Of a stretch of 64,000 bases of DNA, positions 1 through 9,250 are shown piece after piece. The position numbers were made by a program, and so were the translations under genes. This DNA is from an uncultured Nitrospiraceae bacterium (GTDB lineage: Bacteria > Nitrospirota > Thermodesulfovibrionia > Thermodesulfovibrionales > SM23-35): contig CAVSHB010000001.1 in assembly GCA_963727775.1 (NCBI GenBank), forward strand, positions 448,001 to 512,000, given 5' to 3'. Position 1 is the first letter of the stretch. Each line of letters starts with the position of its first letter. The notes beneath the pieces are model-generated. The model was not told where the DNA came from and ran no database searches. It worked only from the letters and a program-made list of their open reading frames with translations.

Positions 1-2
1 AA

Positions 3-269
3 ATGTTTCCTCTGCCGTTTCACAAAGGAGCATATGCAAAGGCAAAAGCGATAGTCTGTGAAAAGTCCTTATCGCTGCTTGAGGATGCGTTTGCAAACAA
101 ATCCTTGCCTGAGCCGAAGTGTGAAACATCTGTGCTGGATGACAATCTCAAGCTTGGCGAAAAACTCGGCATCCGCGGAACACCCGCCATTATCTTCCCT
201 GACGGTAGTGTTATCCCAGGTTACAAAGATGCCGACTCTATAATTTCTCAGCTCGATAAATCTTCATAA
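3..269 (+). CDS. DsbC/DsbG-family thiol:disulfide isomerase, C-terminal part (cut by window edge)
   Basis: FPLP-H...AKAIVC...LGIRGTPAIIFPDGSVIPGY matches the C-terminus of the DsbC thioredoxin-like domain. Confidence 0.8.
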   Translation: MFPLPFHKGAYAKAKAIVCEKSLSLLEDAFANKSLPEPKCETSVLDDNLKLGEKLGIRGTPAIIFPDGSVIPGYKDADSIISQLDKSS

Positions 270-545
270 TAAGCTACAATCCGACAAATTTTTCTTGATA
301 GATTATTCCCTCTCATTCTCAGTGCAATCATAAAAGGTTATAGATAATCTGGGTTGGCACCTCCTCTCTCAGTCCTTTGATCTGGCGCCACATCTTGGTC
401 ATAAGCAACCCCACCATAGCAGATATTCACTATATTCTTCAAACTATCCCCCAGAAGACAGCAATGGAGATAGCTGAGTATATCCTTGGGACTTTTCAGA
501 TAAAACCCTGAAAGGGTCCAGGAGTTCGAACCTCGATGCCACTTT

Positions 546-582
546 AAAAAAACAGGAGGCGCTGCATGATGCGGCGCCTCCC
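546..582 (-). terminator. Rho-independent terminator
   Basis: Minus strand GGGAGGCGCCGCATCATGCAGCGCCTCCT GC-rich stem followed by G and a T7 run. Confidence 0.65.
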
Positions 583-873
583 GTTCTGAGAATATCCAAG
601 CCGTTATCAACCGTAGATCTTTTCGTTTTCCTTGGCTGCATCGCACTTTATCGATATATTGTTGGCAATAGACGCGGTAATCATATTATTATTTTACCCC
701 GTGGCGCAAGTTACCTACGCTGCATGGGTAAACATTCAGTATTTTATGTGCTCTTATCAGTGTTCGACGTGCAAAGCCCCGGTAATTAAATGTAAAATAT
801 GGCGTGATAGAAAAATTTTCCTTAGCGTTGTTTTTTTACGTTTACTAATCCCACCCAATTTTTGCTTTTTATT

Positions 874-1015
874 AATCTCCATACCCCGCCGTCTCTGCGG
901 CGGGCACCTTACGTCGTCGGGGTGCAGGGCGTCGGAGCGAAGCGCAGACCCTTGCCGACCCGCGGGGTCTAATACCCCGTGGTGTCGTGCCGAGCAAAGC
1001 GAGGTTTAGTTTATT
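874..1015 (+). mobile_element. 142-bp non-autonomous structured element, copy 1
   Basis: AATCTCCATACCCCGCC...GCGAGGTTTAGTTTATT, same sequence as five other copies; preceded by TTTATT. Confidence 0.9.
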
Positions 1016-1095
1016 GCACATCTATTTTATCCTGTACAAAGACCATTCTACAATACTCTGTTTGCTCCTTTTGTGTTTTTTGTACAACTAATGGC

Positions 1096-3090
1096 TTAGA
1101 ACTGTCCGATAATCCTGAAAAATATGTTGTTCGTTACGTAATCAAAATCAGAGAAGCTGGAATTCCGTTTTTCATATTTATACCCCAAATCTAATTGTAT
1201 CCATTCCCTGAATTTATAGGAAAGCGCGAGAGTACCCGAATAATAATCGTCTTCCAGCGGTTTTGTTATGCCGTTGAAAGTGAGCGCGCCCGTATATTGA
1301 TCATTTGTATAAGAGAGGTTTATATTACCTGTCAACTTCCCGGTAATTCTCTGCACATAGTTAGCTCCAAAGGTAGTGGCAACTATGAAATTCGTGCCGG
1401 CCACATCAGTTTCATCGGTTTTCCTTGATGCTTTGAGGATTAAGGAAGTTTTCGGGGTAAATTTATGGTCGATCTGCGCTTCAAGAATAAAATTATTACC
1501 GCCCTTTATGGCAGGGTCAACGAATTCTTTGACGCCGTAACCTGCCTTTATGCTTCCCTTGGATTTAGCGGTTATGTCCCATTGAATACCGCCGAAGAAA
1601 TTATTCTCCCGACTATTGGATAAAGTATCTGTGGCATAATTGATATCGGCAAATTCATATTCCACAAAGACAGATGTTTTCGGTCTGACTTTATAAAAGA
1701 TGTAGCTTGAAAATGTATTGTCGACGCGATCTCTGAATTTGTTCCTTGAGGCGTCATAGTTCAGAATAAAGTTGGTATAATCGATCCTAAACTTGAATTT
1801 ATCGCCGGAGTCATATGTCACTATAAAATCAGCCAGGTTATTCCAGAATTTGTCGAGTTCCGTTGTCACGCCTGATATGCCGGTGCTGCGAGCATCATGT
1901 GAGAATAAAAGATGGTCAGCGAATTCAAAGGAAAGGCCGCCTCTCAGGTTATACTGGAAAAGGCCCCCTGCTGTGTGGCTGATGTCGTTTCCTGAAGAGT
2001 TATTAGAAAACAGCTCAATATCAGCATTGTAAAATAAATACGTCTGATACCGCTTAAAGGTCTGGGGGCTATACCTGCTGAGGCTGAACCCGCCCGGTGA
2101 TAAGTTTGATGTATCGATATTGAGCAGCCTTTCATTAACGTGCGGAAATGTCAGCCATATCCCTGGAGTTATTACCGTTGCGAAATCACTCTTTTTGTTG
2201 TCTTTGGTGTAAAAAACATTGTCGGTATAATATCCGGTAATCGCCAGGAATGGATGCAGAAAACCTTTCCTTGTACCGAAGACATACTCTGTAGACTTTC
2301 CTTTTGGGGTACCGGAGGGTATATTTTCAGTCGGCTGTAACGGAGCAGGCTCGCTCCTGGTTTCTCCGGCAGTTGAGATAGTGCTTGACGGCGCTTCAGG
2401 AAGCACAGCCGGTCTTTCTTCCATAACAGATTTTTCTGCAGGAGAGTTTATCGGCGGGGGTGGCTCCTTTGTAATTTCCCGTGAAGGCGGGGTATCGTTT
2501 GCCTGAGCTTTTAGTCCTCCATACGGGGTCCCTTCTCCATGGTCTTCTTCAGTTACTGATGGTCCCTGTAATTCAGCTTCCTCTCCGATTTCGACGGGCG
2601 ACAGGGCATCTTGAGACCGGTCCGTCTGTTTTTTGGCAAAAACAGAATAAATTATAGTATTGTCCTCAGAAACATCGCTTTTCAGTACTGTCTCATATCC
2701 TTTGTTGTTTAATCCTTCTGCAAAACGGATAGCATCCTCAATGTCTCCGAAAGTCTTAAGAACAGCAATCTGTGTTTCATCGGAAGGCAAAGCGTTTTTT
2801 GATAAGTCTTTGACTTTTGCGGCAAAAACTCTATATAACGTTTTTTTGTCTTTTGAAGGGCCCTTTCGAATTTCTACTTCGTATCCTTCATCCCTTAATT
2901 CCCTTGCAAATTCTTCTGCGTTCTTTTTAACCTTGAAGGTTGCAACCTGTTTCAATTGTGAATTGTGGGAGGCGATGGTCCTGGAAGATTCAGCAGGGCA
3001 TACTCCCATTAGGGGGGAGAAAAGTGTAACGATTATGAATAGTGCTATCCATTTTATGTTCATATTTGGAAAGGAGAGCCTGTCAGGCAA
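1096..3090 (-). CDS. Outer-membrane beta-barrel protein (EpsL/BBP2-like) with N-terminal SPOR-like domains
   Basis: Signal-like N-terminus; QVATFKVKKNAEEFARELRDEGY and a second SPOR-like repeat; Pro/Glu-rich linker; aromatic alternating beta-strands; terminal Phe. Confidence 0.75.
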   Translation of the reverse strand: MPDRLSFPNMNIKWIALFIIVTLFSPLMGVCPAESSRTIASHNSQLKQVATFKVKKNAEEFARELRDEGYEVEIRKGPSKDKKTLYRVFAAKVKDLSKNALPSDETQIAVLKTFGDIEDAIRFAEGLNNKGYETVLKSDVSEDNTIIYSVFAKKQTDRSQDALSPVEIGEEAELQGPSVTEEDHGEGTPYGGLKAQANDTPPSREITKEPPPPINSPAEKSVMEERPAVLPEAPSSTISTAGETRSEPAPLQPTENIPSGTPKGKSTEYVFGTRKGFLHPFLAITGYYTDNVFYTKDNKKSDFATVITPGIWLTFPHVNERLLNIDTSNLSPGGFSLSRYSPQTFKRYQTYLFYNADIELFSNNSSGNDISHTAGGLFQYNLRGGLSFEFADHLLFSHDARSTGISGVTTELDKFWNNLADFIVTYDSGDKFKFRIDYTNFILNYDASRNKFRDRVDNTFSSYIFYKVRPKTSVFVEYEFADINYATDTLSNSRENNFFGGIQWDITAKSKGSIKAGYGVKEFVDPAIKGGNNFILEAQIDHKFTPKTSLILKASRKTDETDVAGTNFIVATTFGANYVQRITGKLTGNINLSYTNDQYTGALTFNGITKPLEDDYYSGTLALSYKFREWIQLDLGYKYEKRNSSFSDFDYVTNNIFFRIIGQF

Positions 3091-3226
3091 AATAAGAGTC
3101 CACTTCTTAACATATCAGGCAACATTGCATCATCGGCATCGGATAGTATTGGACCTTTACTCATAACTTAATTCTGGTGATATAGTGAGCCTTCTCCTTC
3201 AAGGCTATTGTCTCTATTTGATCAAT

Positions 3227-3785
3227 TTAGTTGGCAAGCAATTCAAATACTTCTTTAAATTCTTCTGAGAGATTCACAAATTCACCGAGGTGATCGACAT
3301 CTGGTTTATAATGGCTTTCTTCATGTTCTTCCATTAAATCTATAAGTTCTTTTATCTTCTCCCATGAATCATCTGTGAATTTCAAGCCAGCTGTATATAC
3401 GGGAATAATATTGCCTTTATGATCGGCTTTGGATTCAGTCAATGAAGACCATACAACAACCCCTTTTACCCGTATGTCACTATCTTTAGTTTCCAATCTG
3501 AGTAGATACTCTTTTCCGATATTCAATCGCCTGTCGGCTTTCAATGAGGCTCCTCCCATACTTAAATTATGAAGTACCACCTCATCGGCAAAAGCCATTT
3601 TGACATTGATTAATCTCCATACCCCGCCGTCTCTGCGGCGGGCACCTTACGTCGTCGGGGTGCAGGGCGTCGGAGCGAAGCGCAGACCCTTGCCGACCCG
3701 CGGGGTCTAATACCCCGTGGTGTCGTGCCGAGCAAAGCGAGGTTTAGTTTATTTTGTGCCTCTTATATTTTCTTTTATCTTCCAT
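3227..3785 (-). pseudogene. PilZ-domain protein interrupted by 142-bp element copy 2
   Basis: Removing 3612-3753 restores the frame MEDKRKYKRHKINVKMAFADEVVLHNLSMGGASL (RxxxR and NxSxGG PilZ motifs), 139 codons. Confidence 0.8.
3612..3753 (+). mobile_element. 142-bp element, copy 2
   Basis: Identical repeat; preceded by TTGATT; lies inside the PilZ gene. Confidence 0.9.
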
Positions 3786-3861
3786 ATCATTTATCTAAGA
3801 CATTGTTGATATATCGAGGAGATTCCGCTTATATTTTAGAGGTCTCAACAATGAAATACAT

Positions 3862-3875
3862 CCTACCTAGGTAGG
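3862..3875. promoter_or_regulatory. Palindromic operator-like site CCTACCTAGGTAGG
   Basis: Perfect 14-bp palindrome upstream of the PilZ gene; one-mismatch copy at 7261. Confidence 0.55.
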
Positions 3876-3920
3876 GGAAGAGAGAAGATATTTTTTCAGT
3901 TTTTTGGCTAGATTTTGCTG

Positions 3921-4511
3921 CTAGGAAGAATACATGAGGGTTCGTATAAGTGCCATTCTGTTTTCAACACCTATTTTCATATAAATGTTACTAAGATGGT
4001 CTTTTACAGTCTGCTCTGTTATCTCAACGTCCTCCGCAATTTCAGTATTTTTTAAGCCATCGAGAACACGTCTAAGAATATCTGTTTCCTTTCTTGTCAA
4101 TCCATACTGCCTTCTTATTTCATTCATCTCCAGTTTATTGGAAATCTTTTCTTCCATAATGAATATCACAACAAGCGGGTTGGGGGTTTCAAATATTAGG
4201 AAACTAAACCTCCAATTGCTTGGTGAGCCATCAAGCGTTTTTGTTAAATGGACTTCTCCTGGAAATAGTTCATTAGTTTTAGATGTTTTTATGGCATCAA
4301 AAATTCTTTTGTTTATAGTTGTTATCTCATCTGGGAGTTTGTGTCTGTTGAGAAAATACCTCGCTTGCCTATTACTATAAACAATATCTAATTTCTCATC
4401 AAAGACAATGACACCCGTGGGCATTTTATAAAGGATATGGTCGGTAATCTCATTGTTGAAGCACATGTTATCAGTGTTCATCTTATAGGCCTCTTTCAAA
4501 TTATGCATCAA
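3921..4511 (-). CDS. PAS-like plus LuxR-type HTH transcriptional regulator
   Basis: C-terminal LTRKETDILRRVLDGLKNTEIAEDVEITEQTVKDHLSNIYMKIGV LuxR HTH; N-terminal MPTGVIVFD...YSNRQA PAS-like segment. Confidence 0.85.
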   Translation of the reverse strand: MMHNLKEAYKMNTDNMCFNNEITDHILYKMPTGVIVFDEKLDIVYSNRQARYFLNRHKLPDEITTINKRIFDAIKTSKTNELFPGEVHLTKTLDGSPSNWRFSFLIFETPNPLVVIFIMEEKISNKLEMNEIRRQYGLTRKETDILRRVLDGLKNTEIAEDVEITEQTVKDHLSNIYMKIGVENRMALIRTLMYSS

Positions 4512-5482
4512 AATTCAAATTTACCGGGAATTAAGGGAAATTCAAAGTCTATTTTTGGAAAGATCGTATCGAATGCTTTGACAACATTTGGGTCAAATTG
4601 TTTCCCCGAGTTTGATAGAATTTCTTCTTTAGCTTGTAATGGCGAAAAGCCTTTGCGATACGGACGGTCTGAAATTAAAGCATCGTAAACGTCAGCAACT
4701 GCGATAATCCTTGCTCCCAAAGGAATATTTTCTCCTTCTAAGCCTTGGCTTCCACTCCCATCATATTTTTCATGATGATATAGAATGAGTGGTATGAGTT
4801 GTAGCACCCTTCCACCCATAGGATGCAATACATCAGCGCCATATTTTGCATGAATATTCATATGGGTACGCTCTTCGGGTGACAATTTGCCAACCTTTTG
4901 AAGAATCGTGCTGCTAACTCCTATCTTCCCTATATCGTGAAGTAAAGCTGCAATCCTAATATTTTCCATTTCCTCTTCAGGACATATCATCTCTTTTGCA
5001 ATCATTTCAGAAATAACAGAAACTCGATACGAATGACTCTGGGTCTCTTTGTCTACAGAATCTATTACGAGAGATAACATCTCAACAATACCTCTATAGG
5101 TTAACCGTATCTCCTTGTTAGCGTTCTCCTTCTTTTCATAGAGAAGTCCCATGTAATAACCTGTAATCGTAAGGAAGCATCCCCAAGTAAAAATATCTAA
5201 CCAGAGATTCAGTTGGCTATCCAAAGAACTATGAATAAAAGTATATGGATAAACATATGCAATTATAGAAATGATAATAACTGACAATATTGCCGAATAA
5301 GTAGCATGGCGTTTGCCATAAAAATATGCACCAATGAGCACTGGCAAATAGAAGAAATTCAAAAAGGCGCGCTGATTATATACAAAAAAGAAGATGAAGC
5401 CAGCAATAGCGACAAGGAGGAAGACAATAATTAATTCCTTGTCAACTTTGAAATAATCTTCAATGCGTTCTTTAAATCGCAA
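4508..5482 (-). CDS. Membrane-anchored HD-GYP-type phosphodiesterase
   Basis: Several TM helices; HSYRV, LLHDIGK, HHEKYDGSG, ARIIAVADVYDAL and DRPYR motifs; GYP replaced by GSQ. Confidence 0.85.
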   Translation of the reverse strand: MRFKERIEDYFKVDKELIIVFLLVAIAGFIFFFVYNQRAFLNFFYLPVLIGAYFYGKRHATYSAILSVIIISIIAYVYPYTFIHSSLDSQLNLWLDIFTWGCFLTITGYYMGLLYEKKENANKEIRLTYRGIVEMLSLVIDSVDKETQSHSYRVSVISEMIAKEMICPEEEMENIRIAALLHDIGKIGVSSTILQKVGKLSPEERTHMNIHAKYGADVLHPMGGRVLQLIPLILYHHEKYDGSGSQGLEGENIPLGARIIAVADVYDALISDRPYRKGFSPLQAKEEILSNSGKQFDPNVVKAFDTIFPKIDFEFPLIPGKFEF

Positions 5483-5724
5483 TTTTTATCCTACACTTTC
5501 AGCGACGCATAATAAAAATTGTTAAAAAATTGTGCTTCCCATAATTTATTGCCTAAAAACATATTCTCATTATACCAAATATACTAAATACCAATATTAA
5601 GGGTAAATTATGTAGTGAAGTTGCATTATATGGATCCAGCTTTGGGTAATGAGTTGATGAATATATATGCCGTCTCTTATCCTCTATTATGCGTCTGAAA
5701 GCTGAACCTGAATTGAGAAGTCTT

Positions 5725-6279
5725 TTACGATAGCACTCTCTTTATGAAGTCCCTTAATGCCCACTGCGCATCATTCTTGATTTCTTTGAACGCGATTCCC
5801 ATGCCGGATATATGCTCGATAGGATGTTGAATATGAATGACGACGCCTTTCATTTGGATATCTCCGACTGTTTCCAGTAGCAGCCTTATTCCCACTTCAG
5901 TACCTACGAGAAAAGGCATTGCTGTTTTGATGTACATTCCTCCTTCCGCGAGGTTACTGGTGTAAAGTTCATGAGTGTTACCCTTATAAGTTATGTAAAC
6001 TTTGTTTGATAAGATAACTCTCTGATGTCTTCTTCGGGTACCTGACGGTGAGGAGATGTTTGCAATCTCTGCCTTGAGGATATCAAACACCTTCTTTGAC
6101 AGATCCTCGTCGATGAATAAGGCAATCCTTTTGCTGATCCTATCAGCAGCGGATATCAAACTCTCTTTATTCTCAGCTGCTGCGTTTATGATCTCCAAAG
6201 TCTTATTAATGAACATAGTGCTGGCAATCTCGCTCAATCGTTCACTAATAATCTCCTTAAAATGGTCTTTGGCGTTCAT
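5725..6279 (-). CDS. PilZ-domain protein
   Basis: RRHQR and NLAEGGMYI motifs, GMGIAF near the C-terminus. Confidence 0.85.
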   Translation of the reverse strand: MNAKDHFKEIISERLSEIASTMFINKTLEIINAAAENKESLISAADRISKRIALFIDEDLSKKVFDILKAEIANISSPSGTRRRHQRVILSNKVYITYKGNTHELYTSNLAEGGMYIKTAMPFLVGTEVGIRLLLETVGDIQMKGVVIHIQHPIEHISGMGIAFKEIKNDAQWALRDFIKRVLS

Positions 6280-6641
6280 AATACATGAGTTACAGTCCTA
6301 CCTCTTTTATTAAGAACTTCAGCCATAATCTCTCTGCCCTTATTCTTAAATTTTATCACTCATTTAATAACAGTATCTTTGCTTAACAGTAGGTTACCTA
6401 TATTTTCTTTTGTGCAATTTACAAAAATTTGTGTAGTTATTGTTTTGGTCGAAGGTCCGATTATTGCTGATTCATTTTTGCAATATCCTGCAAAAAATAC
6501 AGTTGTCTTTCCAGAGTGACTATTAAAAATCGATGCTAATCTGCCTGATATCATTTCAGCATATCCATTAGAAAATGTTCCTGAAAGCAAGACAAGTGCG
6601 AGAATTGTAAATACGAATGTTATAACCCCAATCGCGGCATA

Positions 6642-6980
6642 TTATATGTTGACTATTTCCTTCAAATGGGATGTTATAAGAGATTTCAAATAGTGTATGT
6701 ATGTTGTATCTTTTCCTATGAGTTCAACTCCCAACCCACGCTTCCTATCAGATTCAGGCAGTTCGACTCTTCTTCTCACAATACCAGTAACAAGCCAACT
6801 TGTATTGTCTGGCATAAATATTTCAATGTCGATTACCTCATCGATTGCGAAGTCCTGATCACCTTTTATGAATAAACCATTTTCAGAAACATCACACAAT
6901 AGACCCCAGGACACTATTGATTGATAACTGAGTTTGACATGAATTCTCGCAGTAAATCTCCTGTATTTTCTTTTGTCCAT
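6642..6980 (-). CDS. PilZ-domain protein
   Basis: KRKYRRF and DVSENGLFI motifs, GLGVEL. Confidence 0.85.
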   Translation of the reverse strand: MDKRKYRRFTARIHVKLSYQSIVSWGLLCDVSENGLFIKGDQDFAIDEVIDIEIFMPDNTSWLVTGIVRRRVELPESDRKRGLGVELIGKDTTYIHYLKSLITSHLKEIVNI

Positions 6981-6992
6981 GAAACCTACCTC

Positions 6993-7205
6993 TTACGTGA
7001 CTTTATCAGCATTCTTGAGTAGTTGACGTCCTTCCTCTCCTTCGAAATCAATGATGGGCTCTTTTCTTATCGGGGCGGCATCAAGCAAGCACCACCCCGT
7101 TGAACGCAAAAACTTCTTTATTTTTCTATTTACAATAAGTTCATCGAGTTCAGAGTCTTCTACTAAGCCATATTTACCAGTCTGATAAATTACATTAATA
7201 AGCAT
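6993..7205 (-). CDS. Small conserved protein (GSU3473-like)
   Basis: MLINVIYQTGKYGLV...LDELI...IKKFLRSTGW pattern recalled for this family. Confidence 0.6.
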   Translation of the reverse strand: MLINVIYQTGKYGLVEDSELDELIVNRKIKKFLRSTGWCLLDAAPIRKEPIIDFEGEEGRQLLKNADKVT

Positions 7206-7260
7206 AATCTTACCTTAACCTTACACTGCTGATTATAATGATCTAAATTCATGCGTCAAT

Positions 7261-7274
7261 CCTACCTGGGTAGG
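7261..7274. promoter_or_regulatory. Second copy of operator-like palindrome CCTACCTGGGTAGG
   Basis: Matches the 3862 site with one mismatch, same ATCCTACC..GGTAGGGG context; upstream of the 7205(-) gene cluster. Confidence 0.55.
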
Positions 7275-7518
7275 GGTATAACTACAATTGAACGGCAGTT
7301 GAGCCTCCTTGATTTTGCGGACTTGACCAGGTCTACTACGCACTTGGCGAAAAAATGTTGAGCATACGATCTACATGAAAAAATGGGAAGTATTTGATTG
7401 CCTGCAAAATATGTTAAGAAAAAAGCAAAATATGCTTGATAATTCTGATTTACATAGTTGTTACAATTCTTTATACTCTGGAATTAGCGTTCGCTTGATG
7501 CATTATTGCAAGCCCTAA

Positions 7519-8250
7519 TTGAGAATAATGGACAAAAAATCCCTTCTTTTAGTTGATGATGATGAATTTATCAGGGATATAATTAAGGCTTCCCTTGAGA
7601 AAGAATATAATATATTTGAGGCTTCCCAGTATTCGGATGTTCTTGGTTTGTCCGGGTCCCATATCGACCTTGCCATTATAGATTATGCCCTGCCTGATAG
7701 TGACGGGTTTGAGGTATTAAAGACTCTCAGGAAAACCAACCCCACACTGCCTGCAATAATAATGACCGGCTATAGTGATGAGGATATTGTCATAAAAGCC
7801 ATAAGGTCTACAGTGACTGATTACATAAAGAAACCGCTGAGCCTTGCGTATCTCAGAATGCGCGTAGCGGAAATACTCGGAGAAAAAGAATTAGATATGC
7901 CTATCCGGGATGTGGAAGAAAAAGATGACTTCATACTGGACGGCATTGCATTACATATCAAGGAAAACTATATGAAAGACCTTACTCTCGATAAACTTGC
8001 ACGTATGGCATGTATGAGTAGATTCAGGTTCTGCAGGTCATTCAAAGAGAGGTTCGGGCAAACTTTTGTTTCTTACATCAACGGTATCAGGGCAAATAAT
8101 GCCGCCGAGCTTCTTAATAATCCCGATCTGAATATCGCGGAAATAGCATTCCATGTAGGGTTCAAGAGCGCAGGGCATTTCTGCCGTGTCTTTAAAATGG
8201 TGCATGAAACATCTCCCAGTGAATTTCGGAAAAGAATAACGGGCCCGTAA
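7519..8250 (+). CDS. Response regulator with AraC-type HTH output
   Basis: Receiver motifs LVDDD, IIDY, MTGY, KKP; AraC motifs LTLDKLARMACMSRFRFCRSFK and IAFHVGF. Confidence 0.9.
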   Translation: MRIMDKKSLLLVDDDEFIRDIIKASLEKEYNIFEASQYSDVLGLSGSHIDLAIIDYALPDSDGFEVLKTLRKTNPTLPAIIMTGYSDEDIVIKAIRSTVTDYIKKPLSLAYLRMRVAEILGEKELDMPIRDVEEKDDFILDGIALHIKENYMKDLTLDKLARMACMSRFRFCRSFKERFGQTFVSYINGIRANNAAELLNNPDLNIAEIAFHVGFKSAGHFCRVFKMVHETSPSEFRKRITGP

Positions 8251-8624
8251 TGACTAAAAAGATACTCATCGTTGATGATAATGAGTCCAATCTGGAGATT
8301 TTCAGTACGCTGCTGAAGCGCAGTGGATATGAAACGATCGAGGCGCAAAACGGATATGAGGGCATAAAGCTTGCGATGAAAGAAAATCCTCATCTTATTC
8401 TTTTAGACATACAGATGCCGGTAATGGACGGGTTTGAAGCTTTGAAATTTCTCAAGGAGCAGCCTTCCACCAAAAACATTCCTTCTATAGCGATTACATC
8501 CTATCCGATGAGAGACGGAAGACACGGGTTTCTCAATTTCGGTTTTGATGATTATATTTCTAAGCCGATCAATATGAAGGAATTTATGAGTGTTATCAAC
8601 AGATATCTAAGGACGGGTATCTAA
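8250..8624 (+). CDS. Single-domain response regulator (DivK/CheY-like)
   Basis: ILIVDDN...LILLDIQMPVMDG...ISKPI. Confidence 0.9.
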   Translation: MTKKILIVDDNESNLEIFSTLLKRSGYETIEAQNGYEGIKLAMKENPHLILLDIQMPVMDGFEALKFLKEQPSTKNIPSIAITSYPMRDGRHGFLNFGFDDYISKPINMKEFMSVINRYLRTGI

Positions 8625-9119
8625 TGTTCCACATATTGAACAGGGGATTAAGGTACAGGAGTATGCGATCCCCTGTATTTCTTCCGGCGATTCGCTCCGC
8701 GACAGTTTGTCGAGGAGCATAGGGAATACTTTCTCCCCGTCACCCAGCACTGCCCATGATGCGCCGGTATAACGCAGCAATTCTTCCGGCATAACAGAGA
8801 CAGCAGCCCCTCCGAGGATGACAGGCGCTGATGTGAACCTGCGGACTGTATCTATCAGTGGGATTAGGTCTCTAATAAAAAAGGCCGGGGATCGCATGTC
8901 GTTGTTATCGATATTCCTCACAGAAAGCCCTACAACGTCGGGATGTATTCTTTCCATTTCGCGCTGAACTGCTTTCAAATGGGCACGCTCGAACATCAGA
9001 TCCACTAAGCTGACTTCGTGCCCTGCCCGCTCAGCCGCTTCAGCGACCATACAAGCTCCGATCGGAATGACAGGCATCGGCAATTGGTTGCGATTTGTAC
9101 TGATAAGAAGGATATTCAT
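8607..9119 (-). pseudogene. Truncated B12-binding radical SAM protein (B12-binding domain only)
   Basis: PDVVGLSVRNIDN, VILGGAAVS and GDGE motifs; ORF ends before any CxxxCxxC radical SAM motif. Confidence 0.75.
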
Positions 9120-9250
9120 GTGACTTTAGTTAGAAATAGCTAATGCCCCCCTCAACTTTTTCACTTTTAGTGTGATTGAAGCAGCTATTTAAAATGTAGC
9201 AGGATAAATACTAATATGCAATATGCTATGGGACAAAGAAAGGATTTAAA

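Noticed and set aside
515..542. GGAGTTCGAACCTC as a tRNA T-arm
   Set aside because: No cloverleaf or acceptor stem can be built around it.
632..1009. ORFs ending ISIPRRLCGG...AEQSEV (also 55965-56168), ORF 24994-25194 and the MPSKARF extension of the GGDEF gene
   Set aside because: They are reading frames running through or starting in the 142-bp element.
6300..6641. Possible selenoprotein or readthrough ORF after PilZ (signal-peptide-like segment, in-frame TGA at about 6361)
   Set aside because: No clear start, no Cys/Sec motif context and no SECIS seen; more likely a decayed gene.
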